DNA from: Bispira polyomma
Taxonomy: Eukaryota
NCBI GenBank assembly: GCA_965649765.1
Contig: OZ287755.1
Span: forward strand, 14,198,001 to 14,262,000
DNA: 64,000 nucleotides
Reading direction: 5' to 3'
Below are positions 13,789 to 26,300 of this stretch, one piece after another. Under the pieces are notes generated by a model. It searched no databases. It had not been told where the DNA came from and saw only the letters and a list, made by a program, of their open reading frames with translations. The position numbers were made by a program, and so were the translations under genes. Numbering within the stretch: the first letter of the stretch is position 1; each line of letters opens with the position of its first letter.

Positions 13789-14188
13789 ATTGCTTCCCCC
13801 TTGTATTAGGCAGAACTTATCTATAGTTCATTTCGAAATGCTTAGTGTATTAGTTGGTATTTGTTTATGGATTGACCAATTCAAAAATAAGTCAGTTCAT
13901 ATACAGTCTGACAACGCAGCTGTCGTTTCTGTCATGCAGTCGTCTAAGTCAAGAGATTCATATTTGAGCACTGGTCTGAGAAATTTATGGCTCATTTGTG
14001 CTGAAAATAACGTTAATGTGGAAATTACACATATTGAGGGAAAAAAGAATGTGATTGCAGATAATTTGTCCAGGTGGCATGACTTGGGTACTTATAGTTC
14101 TAGCATAAAAAATGACATGAGGAATAACTTCATTATGGATGAAGTCAAGGCAGACTTATTTACAATGGACAATGACATATAATTTCAG

Positions 14189-15172
14189 GTAATCCACTAG
14201 CAGTGAGATCTCTGATATCTGACGCCATGACAAAGATACAGGACAGCCAAAGACCAAGAACTCAGAAACAATATTCTCAACAATTTAGATTATATTTCTA
14301 GCTTTTGTGCTATACAACAATTTACAAGAAGTTTTCTCTTTTGCCACATTATTGGCTTTCATGGAATACCTTCATCAATGCAACATTTCAAATAAAGTGA
14401 TTAACAATTATTTGTCAGCAATAAGGCACTCGTGTAAGTTGCTCAACATAAATAACACACAACTCTATGATGACAGAATTTCTATGTACCAAAAATCACT
14501 GGCCATAAATTCGAATTTTTCTCCTAAACCCGAAGGGGTACTGGACATTGTCCAACTTCAACAGATTTCTAAATTATGTGAAACTCTAGTTTTTCCAGAA
14601 CTTTATAGGACAGGACAGCAATATTATTTTCTGTTTTAGGGTTTTTGAGAATCTCGAATCTTACTCCCACCAGTGGGGGAAAATTTGACCCCACTCTTCA
14701 CCTCACATGAGTTGATGTATTATTTGCTGAACCTGGGATTCATCTGGTGTTAAAATGGTCCAAAACGAATCAGGACAGAACTAAAGTTAATGTAATCCAG
14801 CTCCCGTGGTTGAAAAATAAATGGCTTTGTCCAGTAACTACAGCAAGAAGTTTGTTAAAAAAATACCCTCTGCCTACACTAGCCCCTTTACTAGCTCACC
14901 CGTCCTATAAAGGAAAATGTATTTCGGATTCAAAATTAAGAGAAGCCTTAAGATCCCTTGTACTTAAAGTGGGTCTAGTACCACAAGCACACACATTTCA
15001 CTGTTTAAGAAGGTCGGGGGCTTCACTAGCTTTTAATGCAAAAGTGAAATTACAGCATATACAGAAACACGGGTGCTGGAGGTCGGACGCCATTTGGCAT
15101 TACTTAGAGTCGACATCCCATGCTTCTTCTATTATCCCCACAACCTTTGCTGCCATCATTTCCCCTTCTTAG
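14189..15172 (+). pseudogene. E1 tyrosine recombinase (frameshifted)
   Basis: N-terminal ..QRPRTQKQY..F. Catalytic motifs GFLRISNL, LKWSKT, LCPV, FHCLRRSGA, HGCWRSDAIWHY. Confidence 0.88.
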
Positions 15173-15581
15173 TTGTTTGGTTTTGGCAGTAATAAAAAAT
15201 TAACTATATTTTAATTTTTCATGTACAGATGTATATAAACTTACCATGTAATAAAATACTCCAAATTGTTAGAATCTTTTTGTCCACGTCTTTGACCTAC
15301 ACATAACCTTAAATTTTAAGAGACTGTGTATGTCACTGCAGGGCAAGAGGCATGGCAAGTCATTCGGTAAAATTTCACACTTTACTGTAAACTTAATTAG
15401 CAAGATTGTTTACTGAGCTACAGCCAATCGAATGCATCCATGGTCGGGAGTTTCCCGCCTTTCCTGTAAATTTGTCATTAATTAATAAGAAACCAAGGTG
15501 GAAACAAGTAAAAAATTCTCCCAAACCCTCCTCCCTTAAAGACTTGTAAATAAAGGTGAAATTATAACATTGATACTGGTT

Positions 15582-15762
15582 TTCGAACTTAACGGATGAT
15601 GGGTCCGTTTGCAGACCCGTGTAAGGGCTGATCCACTCCTCCATAAACTTGCCTCCAGCGTGGCTGCTAGAGGAATTCGGAACTCTGCGGGGGTGGATCA
15701 GCTTTTGCTAGGCGAGTTGGTGCAGCAGGCTCTGTGAATGGACTCACAGCGTTGAGATCGAA
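15582..15762 (+). other. Predicted multi-stem structured RNA/ssDNA element in the E1 3' region
   Basis: Complementary segments 15582-15594/15750-15762, 15601-15605/15614-15618, 15623-15639/15690-15706, 15652-15659/15666-15673 and 15732-15737/15744-15749. Function unknown. Confidence 0.55.
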
Positions 15763-18700
15763 TTCCTATAATTTAATGTAACACACAACTACTGTAAGTT
15801 GCCATTATACGTCATTACAATCATTACGGTTAAAACATTTTAAGAGATACCATAGTAATGATATTAAGTATTTTAATGTATTTTTACTGTTAAAAACATT
15901 AATAGAATTATAAATACATTGTTATTATATATTTTTGTAATTGTTAATGGTTTACTTTATGCCCAAGGGGTTTACTTGTCACATATACTTTTACGTTTAA
16001 TTTTTACACTTACTTTTATTTTATTCTTTTAGTATGTGTTTCACCATACAGGTGTATGGCAGTAATAAAAAATTAATTATATTTTAATTTTTCATGTACA
16101 GATGTGTTTAAACTTACATGTAATAAAATACTCCAAATTGTTAGAATCTTTTTGTCCTCGTCTTTGACCTACACATAACCTTAAATTTTAAGAGACTGTG
16201 TAGAATGTAAAACAAAACACATTGTAAACACTCCAGTTTTCTAATAGGCCATCTTAAATGTTTTAAGCCATGCATAAATTTCCGTATTACCTGGCATAAC
16301 CTAGACTTGTCATCATCATTTTTGCAAACAGAAATGCCAGTGAGGAACTCAGTCAAATTGGTTAGATATTTGCTCTTCTATGATGACATGTATTACAAAT
16401 AAGGTAAAGTGTTAAAAAACCCTCCAGAAATGGTAGTTGCAAAAATATACATGTAAAGGTTATGTATTAGTTAAATCCCAACAACCCTGGACTTTATTTG
16501 GGTTTAAATAAAACAGAGCCCAATGCAACCAGATAATTCCGCAGTGTTAAGAGTTTCACAGATGTAGATCCCACTTCTAATTTGTTTTTTTTCTTAACTT
16601 TTTGATAATACCTTTATTTTAACTACAACTGCCAAATTATGCCATTGACTAGAGATTTCAAATAACCATTCCGTTATTCACCATGTCAGCTTTGTGTCAG
16701 TCTTAGTTAATTCTAATTGTGGCTGCAGTAACTTTGACTGAAATAAATTATAGTTACAATATATGGTCGCATAGTTTTAGTATTATATATATGGTACATT
16801 TGGGTTTAACAGGTACATATTAGATGCTCGAGATATCTGTGCTGTAAACTACCAACCCTTAGCATGTCCACTGCAGACATTCCCACATGCAAACTGGAGA
16901 AGATATTCTAACCAACAGGGTCCAGAGATTACAGATCCCCCCTCCCCCTTGTTGACTTGGCAGGTGTAAAGAGACATGTATTATATTAGATATAATACTC
17001 AAACATAAACTAATCTATATATTTTAGTCACTCTCAGAACCTAGTGACTATAATGAGTACATATTTGGGGCATCCAACCAACCCCTTTATCCTAAGTACT
17101 CTGAAGGCATACTGGACAAATTCCTCTTTTGGCCTGAAGATGCAGCTTTCATCAAATCTGTATGCTACAGTTATTTGACAGGTACAGAAACCTTCCCTAG
17201 TTACATATTTATTCTGGCATCTCCTTAGATACTACCACTTTCCGTTAAAGGTCTTTTTGAAACTTCAATATGAAATCAATAAATGCATCGTAGAATCCAC
17301 TATAATTTAATTATATTTTATTACATTCGAAGAAATACAAAAACAACACCATTTTATTGATACTTACTGGCTTATTTTGTTATAAAATTTAATCATACAC
17401 GGCACAGTGTAGCTTTATTGTATTGTATTGCATTTAACCCACCTTAATGATTGATGCAAAACATCATGTAAAGGCTAAATGCAGAATCAATTAACCAACC
17501 AAGTATTGAAAAAATACATTTATCACAGAGGTTTTACCATTAAATAACATGTCATTTCACTTTGAATATAGTGGACCCCTTTGAAGGGGGAGAGGTCCTA
17601 GATTGGCCTAAATTTACCATGGCATCTTTACATTGTCCAAGAATTTTATCTTCCAAGTTACTATTGTGACCTACCAGGGGTTTGAACCGGGGACCTAATT
17701 AGCACACAAACTCCAACTACTAATGAGCCGCTACGTCACACTGAAAACCCTTGTTTGCATTAGAGCTTAGACATATGCTAGAATGAAGACTAAACACCAC
17801 AAAATATTTTTTGACTAATTTGGACAGGATATTTTGAGAAATTTTCTGTTTCTTTCAGCTGGATGGTATTTTCAAAAAAACCTGTCGTTTAGTTAAGTAA
17901 GCAGATACATACCCGAAAGCTAACACAACATCATGACTACTTTACTCTCCTGGCAAGTTTGGATAATAAATGTTTAACTGTATTTACTTTGGAAAAAGTT
18001 TATTTCTCCCTATTATTTCTGTACATTCTAGGTATCCTCTGATGTGTTTTTCTTTGTAGATATTCAAACTATTCTACCCAAATGGGACAAACAATCTATC
18101 CACCAATGGATCTGTTTGCCCTGATAGATCAGTCCACTGATACTTGCCTACAGCTAAGAAACCTTGAGTTGACAACTTTCTCCCCTCATCCTGCGACCAG
18201 TTTGGGCCCATAATTCAATTTGTGCTACCAGACGGCATGTGGAGATGACATTCCAGAGCAATTTACCATAACCTTGACCTTTTTAGAGACATTGGAGTGC
18301 AACTATTACATCCAACTTGGCATCAGTAAACTGGTGAGCCCCCTCAGAGCTTATGGAGTGTCTATGAAAATGTGCTTCTTCCTGAACTCAAACAGTGTAG
18401 GCAATTTCTCTGTGAATACCTACAGTTGTAATGGGGTGCCTAAAGCTGTGTACCTGTCCTATCCAACCTCTGAACTGTGTGAAATAGAGTTTAATACTTA
18501 AAGTGAACAAATATACATAATTTATGCTTACATTGATTAATAATTGTTACAGGTTTTAAGTCACTGCGAACACACTATATATAGGTCATATTCCATTTTT
18601 ACTGGTGTGGGAAAGCAGTTCATACTAGTTGAACAACATTCTGCACTGTAAACCACTGGGTATCAGCAAGTACCTGACAACTTCCCCACATAAACCTTTC

Positions 18701-19569
18701 ACAATTTTGTTATGATGTAACTATTAAGTAATCATTCAAACACTTCAAAACCCCAATTTAGTCCCCTCTACGTTACTAAACCAAACAAGAATAAATGTAA
18801 GTATTATTATTGCTCTGGTCAACTTCAACTATACTGAATATGCTGCACCAACTTTTCCACCTGTCAGACATTGTAAAACACCTTGAATATTGGATTCCAG
18901 ATTTTTTTCATTAATATGTTCATACACGGTATGTTTGAAGATACCTTAGAAAGATAAAGCACTGTACAGATTCACGATACTATAGCTTACTGACACACTA
19001 TAAGGCTACAGTTTACCTGTATGTTTTATTTTCTCACATTTGTAAACATTCTAACAAATATCTGAGATTTCTGGATATATACCTAAAAGTCTTCACTGGT
19101 CTTGTAAAGTTTTCCTTGGAATAGTTTGGAATATTTTCTCTTATCTTGCGATATATTATTTAAAATTTACTGCTAATTCCATGTTGAATTTTTTAATGTA
19201 AACACATATTTATATGGTATTCATGGAAAGCTTGGGCTCTACAGGAAAATCTGAATGATATATTTTTTTAATTTAAACTTTGTATTTAATAATATAAGCA
19301 TCTTTCTTGACAAAAAAAACACCTATCCTTGAACTTCTGCGTTGTTTAATTTCATTATGCCTAAGTGTATAATATCATATGTGAAAATGTCACTAGCATA
19401 TTATACTTCTATATATTGACCTGCATAATTGTCATGGAGGAATATACGCATGATGAAAAATAGATTGTACCACATGATTATGTGCGCATGAAGTGTGCTT
19501 TTCATATTTATATATATTTTTTAAATATATAATATATAAAATGTTCACTTTGTGTTGTTACAGAATTAA

Positions 19570-21370
19570 AGTCAAAACACAACACAGTAAAACGTTTAAC
19601 AAAGCACAAGGTATAGAACACCAAAAAAAAACAATAAGATAATATACAATATATGTCAACCTTAAAATATGATAAAGCTCTTTGTTCTAAAAATAGTTTG
19701 TAGCATTGTTTCTGAAAAACATATCAGGCCGCGGTGGCATAGTGGTTAGCAAGCCTTGCGCTTCACAATCACTAGTCTCTCACCTCTGGGCGGCGTGAGT
19801 TCGAATCCCGTCGATGCCTATGTGGAAAAGGTGGTAGTTCCCTACTGTGGGCTGCTGGTTTCAGTGCAGACCCTTGATCAACTGTATGCAGTGTTTCCTC
19901 CAATGTTTCCAACTACCCATCTCAATATAACCTAAACAGGTACTAGAGTGGACGTTAAATATCCAAATTCAAAAAATTTAAAATTCTGAAAAACATATGT
20001 ATTTGAGTCATGGCTTATTTTTAGAACACCAGTAAATTTATTTCCTTGCCAGCATTAAGATAAAATTTAAAGGCCAAACGGTATCACCCAAAATGTAATA
20101 TCCTAAAATGTTCATAGTATTTGTTAATTCAAATTCTATCCCAATTGATTTATATTATCCGAAAAACTTAAACTTTTATGCATTTACAAAATACATGGTA
20201 TGTACTTTCTGAATATTGTTCACAAAATCCCCCAAAACTATTATTACTATTTTTTACATTGGAAAGATAGTTTTTTGAGGGTGAAATATTAAACAATATT
20301 TTATATTGTATACTTATGACTGAATTATCTAGCACGGACCTCAAACATGTTTTATAAATATTCTTCCAAAAAAAATCTGTGTTATTTTGAGGTAACAGGT
20401 TCCTTCACTTGCATTCACTCAGTGGGATAAAAACTGGCTTTTTGGCAGTTTGAAAAATATGATAAAAGCCTTTACATTCGTTAGTACACTTTAACAAAGG
20501 TGTAATATGAAATGGACATTTTCTGATTCTTTCTCAAATTTAGATACATAAGTGTTTAATAAAATTTTTTATTTAATAATAGTGTAATACATTTATGGTT
20601 ACACTATATTTATGTTTTATACTGTCACATGACTTGATTTCACCATCTGGATTTACAATATCTCCAACAAATAAAATAGCTTTTTTGGACTAAGTGGAAA
20701 AATAGAAAGGTGCCACTGATACATATGAATATTACCACATACAAGATTGTAGTATTTCTGATTTTGAATTTGCAGTTTTGAATTTGTAAAAGCTCATACC
20801 ATTATATTAAAACTAGTATATTTTTCATTTGAGTATATTATTGCACCATTTACCTCCAAGTATGAATACATTTTAAGGGTTTCTGTGTTTTTCAAATATG
20901 GGAGGCTCCACTGAGCATCATACAGAAACAAAGCTATTTTAATCAAATTTACCTTTGATGCTTTCTCGAAAGTAAATATAGTTCCACAAAAACTGGTTTA
21001 TGTTTGTCAAAAAAAAAATTGATATTGGTAATAATGCTAAAAGGTGAATGATTGTTGAAAGCAAGTGTGTTATATTAGAGTGACTCAATAAACGATTTCC
21101 CCATTCCCCCATTTTTCCATTTATTACCTTTTTTATCGTCAGCTATAAAATAATTTACCTCAGAAATATTATTTAAAATTACTGAAAATATTATACAACA
21201 CATCTCAAAATCAGTGTTTCCCCAATATAATCTTATTGAGAATTCTAATTTATCTCTTGCATATCTTTTCCTTTCAAATCCATACAATTTTTGATTTTTT
21301 TTCTTTCTTTATTTGTAATTTGTATCAAATATATTTCTAATGTGTTGAGAGCTGCTTGTAGAGAAGCCTG
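19570..21370 (-). mobile_element. Degenerate L1/Tx1-like LINE 3' fragment (post-RT region and zf-RVT), unit 1
   Basis: Minus-strand remnants KIVWI..KRYARDKL...WGNTDFEM..IIFSV..NNISEVNY, IQYKI, CGFCEQYSES..HVFCKC, LNFILMLAR. Same fragment in units 2 and 3. Confidence 0.7.
19725..19983 (+). mobile_element. tRNA-derived SINE (same family as 13533)
   Basis: A and B boxes present. TSD ttctgaaaaacatat at 19710-19724 and 19984-19998. Empty site in units 2 and 3. Confidence 0.9.
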
Positions 21371-22747
21371 TGAACCATCGATGATAAGGGTGCCATATTT
21401 ATTATTTTGTCTTAGCTATCGCAAGAACCTCTTGCAAATCTCTCAAGTGGCTGAAAATGTTTTATATCAACAGTGACATATTTTCCGAATTTAATCAGGA
21501 GAGAAGAAAAGCCACACCATCTGAGTATTGATATTTGTCTTCTCTGGTGATAAAATATACACCAATGTAATAGCTTATATTATGATTGTGACGTCATGTA
21601 ATCGTGACATAATCAAAGAAGATGATCTGTGGACTATTCATTTCATTTACCTATCCATGGAGGAATTGTACAACTGGCTAATAACTTATTGCATTTATGG
21701 ATGTCAGTATATTTTGTGCTCTTATGCTGGAACATATACTCATACTCTACTCAAATTGGGGTTCGCTATAACTCTGGATACAGTAAACAAATATCAAACC
21801 TGACACCAGTATCTGGTCTGTTTAAAATCTCACATTGTTTGCATTTAACCACACCATAATCAGGCTCCCTCTTGTTACACTTATTCCTTTTTTGGGCTAT
21901 CTCTGCTACATTGTTTCTTGGTTGCATATTTTTTTACCAGCTATTTTCGGTGGAGCATAGGGTGCTTGGGATGTTCTCCGTGGACAAACTTTATAATTGA
22001 GGAAATACATCTCTTTGAGTGCTACACTACTGCTATCTCTTCATCCATGCTTGAATAGGCTATGAATGCAAAATGAAAATAAAACGATCGCCAATAACCA
22101 TTTAAAGTGGGTTCTAGCTGCTTAGAAACTGCACAGCTTTTATTTTTTTTTATTTCTTAAACTCGATTTATGGACGGCATTTTTACATTTTTATGAGTAG
22201 AAATAATAAATAATGACATATTTTAATGAAATACTAATTCATATATTTTACTAAATTTTTAGACATACAATACACATAGTAGTATGTAAAATTGTAACTG
22301 AAATGAGCAATATTTTAAAAGTACATGCTTTACAAATGTGTGAAGTACACAGTCAATATTCTAACACATTGACATGGACATACCTTTGATCTAATTTTGG
22401 CTTCAACAGACCTAAAACTCATCTAAAAAAAGTGTTCAGCCTTTATATCCAATCATGCAATAGTTACATGCCCAATTGATCAAAACTCCCCAAAAGATTG
22501 TGAAAGTAACGCAATAACTCTAGTTTGAGGACCAACCTAAAAGGTCTGTTTTAGGGCCACCCAAAACGTTTCAAAACAATTACTGAGCTTTTGTTCGGAG
22601 AACCCAACTAAATACATAATTTCATGGATGGGAAAATAAATTGTGGTAAGGATACGAGTGACCTAGAGTGATGAAATGTTTTATCGGCCGATGGTCACCA
22701 ACTCGCACAGGTTTTAAATCATGCTTGAAATTTTGTTGTTGATATCC

Positions 22748-22915
22748 TGTGGCCTAGTGGTTATGGCGCTGGTCTGGCTATCAACATGTTAGTGGTTTGA
22801 CTTCTGGTAATGCCATAAATGATTTCTTTATTTCCTGATGACGACTGATAACGACCAATAGTATGTTGTACGACTTATACCTTCTCCCAGATCAAGTGCC
22901 ACAGAGGATGAAATA
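22748..22915 (+). mobile_element. Old degenerate tRNA-headed SINE-like repeat (paralogues ~5720-5860 and ~54717-54880)
   Basis: A-box-like tggcctagtggttatggcgctgg and B-box-like ggtttgacttct. No intact cloverleaf. Confidence 0.4.
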
Positions 22916-23372
22916 ATCATTAGTTGAATACTATTCGATTTTTCAAAAATTTATGATGACACATAACCACATCAGATCATATCTGACACACGAAAGTTGC
23001 TGCACATTTAGTTGTGGTATAAAACAAATCGTAGGCAGATTCCATATTCTATATTCTAAAGATGTGACTGATGATGTGGTTATAAATAAATCATACAGAA
23101 TCTGCACCAAAAGGTTTTTTACGAAAACAATGAAAGGATAATTGCCCACAATAGTCATTTCTGGGAAACAATAGAAGAAAACAACAGCTGATAAATGAAC
23201 AAATAATCAATAAATAATGACTTCAAAAGAACCTATAGATGAAGTAAGATTTGCTTGGCATTTGTGTGTGAGCAGTGGTATTTTTATAGACATAGATACA
23301 CAGTGAATTTGAGATATATTTCAAAACAAAGGCTGTCTATTGTGTGTTTTTGTTATTTTTTTGAAAGAAAAC

Positions 23373-26300
23373 ATGGCATTATACATTAATCTTGGATGCA
23401 GTTATTTTTATGCAATGTTAACTATGTTAATAGTGGATACTGCAGGGAATCCATTCAACGGTAGGTCCTTTACTTAACGTTCAATTTTGTTGGTTATTTG
23501 TAGTATCCAAACATTTGTGAATACTATGAAGGTTTTGAAGCATTGCAGCATTCCACAAAAATCTCCATTGGCCATCGGCAGCATAGTGATACCCACACGC
23601 CTCTTACCTCTGCCGTTGACAGTGGAGTTGTCCAAGGCTGGTGGTTTGTAGAACGGAAAACCTCCACCAATATCCAAGTGAATTTTCTCTCCTGATATTG
23701 ACACAAGCATGTAGAATATGATGTTAACCACAAAATTAATGAGAGAATGTTCTGTGAGAAAAACCAAAACTTTCACCGACTATGCTGTTCTGAATTCCTA
23801 CACCAGTGATTTGCCCCTTGTGATATATGACCTCAGACATGTTAAAAGCAACATTAAGCTTAAACTAAAAATGTTCTATATATCTCTGTTATTTATCAGC
23901 TGAGGTGTACCTATCCTTTGAATCAGTTACCGGGGATTCTGTTCCCGGGGGAACATTTCATGGAACACTTGTCAATGACACCTCGGCTTCTGCTCAGCCA
24001 GGTATCCATGGTAACGGATTAGCCGTGTTCCAAACAAAGGTCAGCATTGGCAATCGGAGGGATGCTTGCTTTTGGTTACCTGAACTGTGTCCTGAAGGAA
24101 TGACATTTGCAGTGTGGATTAAGCTAGGTAAGGGGCTAATATGTCAAATGAACTTTAAAAACACCTGACAAATTGAGTGTTCAACTTTCTTACTGAAGCA
24201 GTGTGGATATTAACCGTGTTTAAAATATATTTATGTCAACTTGCCCTACTAGTTAATTTTGTGAAATCTTGATAAAAATCATACATCTGCCAAGGCACCA
24301 CAGTGACAAAAAGAGAAAAAAAACCTGTCTACTCAGATCTTCTTCTCTGGCTTATACTTCAACAAGTTTTTTTTTCCGTCTTTTTAGTAATTTTTATGTA
24401 ATCCTGGTGACAAACAAACCAATCAATGGAGGCAGGCGAGAACATAATCTCCATGGCAAGAAAATAACCACAATAATATAGAGCACTGAATACCTTTAAC
24501 AATATTCATATAGAGCAATAGATCTCTCAAATAAACCAGTGCAAGCAATGAAAACATTGCATTTTTCATTGGTTTAGGCATTAATTCAGTCACATGTCTG
24601 TTAAAAATGATCTCTGATTTATGAATAAAATATGGCTACTTTAACAAAAAAAGAAACTCAATAATTACAACATACATAGGCATAGTTCTAAATTACATTC
24701 AAATAACAATGAAAAGAAACCTGTTAATACATGACAGCTTCGACAAAAGTAACTCTAACAGTTTAACCTCAAGGGAATGAGATAAACACCTCACCCTAGA
24801 CTTGATTTACACTTATATTTACATTTTGGAAAGAAATGGCCTTTGTGGGCTACATTTAATCAAATGAAGTGTGGCATTGTAGACTTTGGAAGAACCAACA
24901 ACTACTGTTGACTTCCAAAGTAAAAAAAAAAAATGAATGTGTAACTTAACCTACAGGTAAACATACAGGCATGATAATAAACTGATACTGGTTGGCTGTT
25001 GGCAGTCAAAGAAAGATTAATTAGCACTGTGAATACCAGGTAGAGGTAGGAATTAAAATACAATACAACAATAAACTGTAATACCCGGTTTTGCTTTCTT
25101 CCACAACTAAAGTCCCCATCATGATACAATGTTGGTATCATTGTTAATACAAAGTTGCCTAGGGACAACTTTGGTTATTTTTAAAATCACATCCGACCAG
25201 TAAACGGTGAGTGCAAATTGTAAGTCCCTTTAGATTACCTAGATCGCCCAGCAGTCGCTAGCTAATGTTGTGGAAGTGGGACAAGTAAAGCACAACAATT
25301 AATCTTAAATCTATATCTTAAATCTATATCTCCAACACAAATCTGTACTGGTTTTCTGCACCAGTAAACTGCATCAGTGAAGTGCAGCTCATGATATAAT
25401 AGAAAGCTGTTTGAATCTTAGCCATGTTAAGTCTCCACATTTGAAAAATATTTATGTCAACCAGACCTACTAGTTAACTTTAAGAAATCTTGATAAAACG
25501 CATACATCCACTGTGCCAAAAATTGAAAAAACCTGTACACACAGATTTTGTTCCCTGGCCCATATTTCACCCAGTTTTATGTTAGTCTGTTTAGTCATTG
25601 ATAAGTAATCCAGGTGACAAACAAACCAACCAACGAAAGCAGGCGAGAACATAATCTGGATGGCAAGAAAATAACCACAATAATATAGAGCACTGTACTC
25701 GGAATATGTATCTCTCACAATACTCATACCGATTTATAATGCATAAAGAAAGTACTGTCAAAAGCAAAGGTAAACTCTAGCTAAAACTAAAAGATCCATA
25801 TCACTGCAAGCCACAGCATTTTGGTTGTATTTCCACCGTTTTGTGGAAGTAAAAGGGGTTTCATACGTACAGGTTTTATATTAATTTTAGGTACCAGCGA
25901 TGAAAGTATTCAATACTTTATCTCCAATGGTGGACAAACAAAACATTCTCCTGGTCTCAGTGAGAACTACAATCAACTAGGTTGTTGTAGTTGATGATCT
26001 AGAAACGACCTACGAATCCGAAGTGGTAAGTACAAAATAATATTGAGTAATATATGCATTTAAAGTTGTAAACACAGCCAAACCTATACTAGTGACCATT
26101 CCAAAAGAGAAGCCACTCCACTTTGAATACTCCCATAAAGTTAGTTATGCAAATAGACTGTATGGAAAGACGACTCCTTAGGTGTGACCAGAGACCGACA
26201 AATTATTCGCAACAGCAATATTTGACTTGTATAGAAGAGGCCGCTTCAAGGACACATCACAAGTTTATAGCCTCAGATCATTATCTACTATTTATATTTT

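Larger units (their letters stand above)
11285..14182 (+). pseudogene. E1 pol (N-terminal extension, RT, RNase H), disrupted and interrupted by a SINE
   Basis: PNYLKARIPL, YGFP, HCSPMLTRPK, KVDIAHAFRN, LAFG, YIDN (YxDD degenerate), VDACL, HFEML, SDNAAVV, HIEGKKNVIADNLSR. Confidence 0.85.
9922..16202 (+). mobile_element. YR retrotransposon E1, Ngaro/PAT-type with split direct repeats (A1-gag-pol-YR-B1-A2-B2), degenerate
   Basis: A1 9922-10069 = A2 15372-15519, and B1 15184-15330 = B2 16057-16202. Encodes gag with a zinc finger, RT, RNase H and YR. No methyltransferase between RNase H and YR (Ngaro-like). No TSD. Confidence 0.9.
6723..18501 (+). pseudogene. Copy 1 of the secreted LamG/pentraxin-like gene (pseudogene)
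   Basis: Exons 6723-6810 (ATG>ATT, internal TAA), 7268-7485 (indels, TGA), 9379-9548, 17028-17181, 18060-18501 (frameshifts). Exon 4 is missing, replaced by element E1. Confidence 0.85.

Noticed and set aside
14747-15172. Phage integrase / prophage or retron-like RT-integrase system
   Set aside because: The YR is linked to gag, DIRS-type RT/RNase H and split direct repeats inside an intron-containing animal locus.
21528-21859. Hydrophobic short ORFs repeated in each unit (also 23474, 24902 and paralogues)
   Set aside because: Non-ATG starts, inconsistent frames and stops among paralogues. They recur only because the unit is duplicated.
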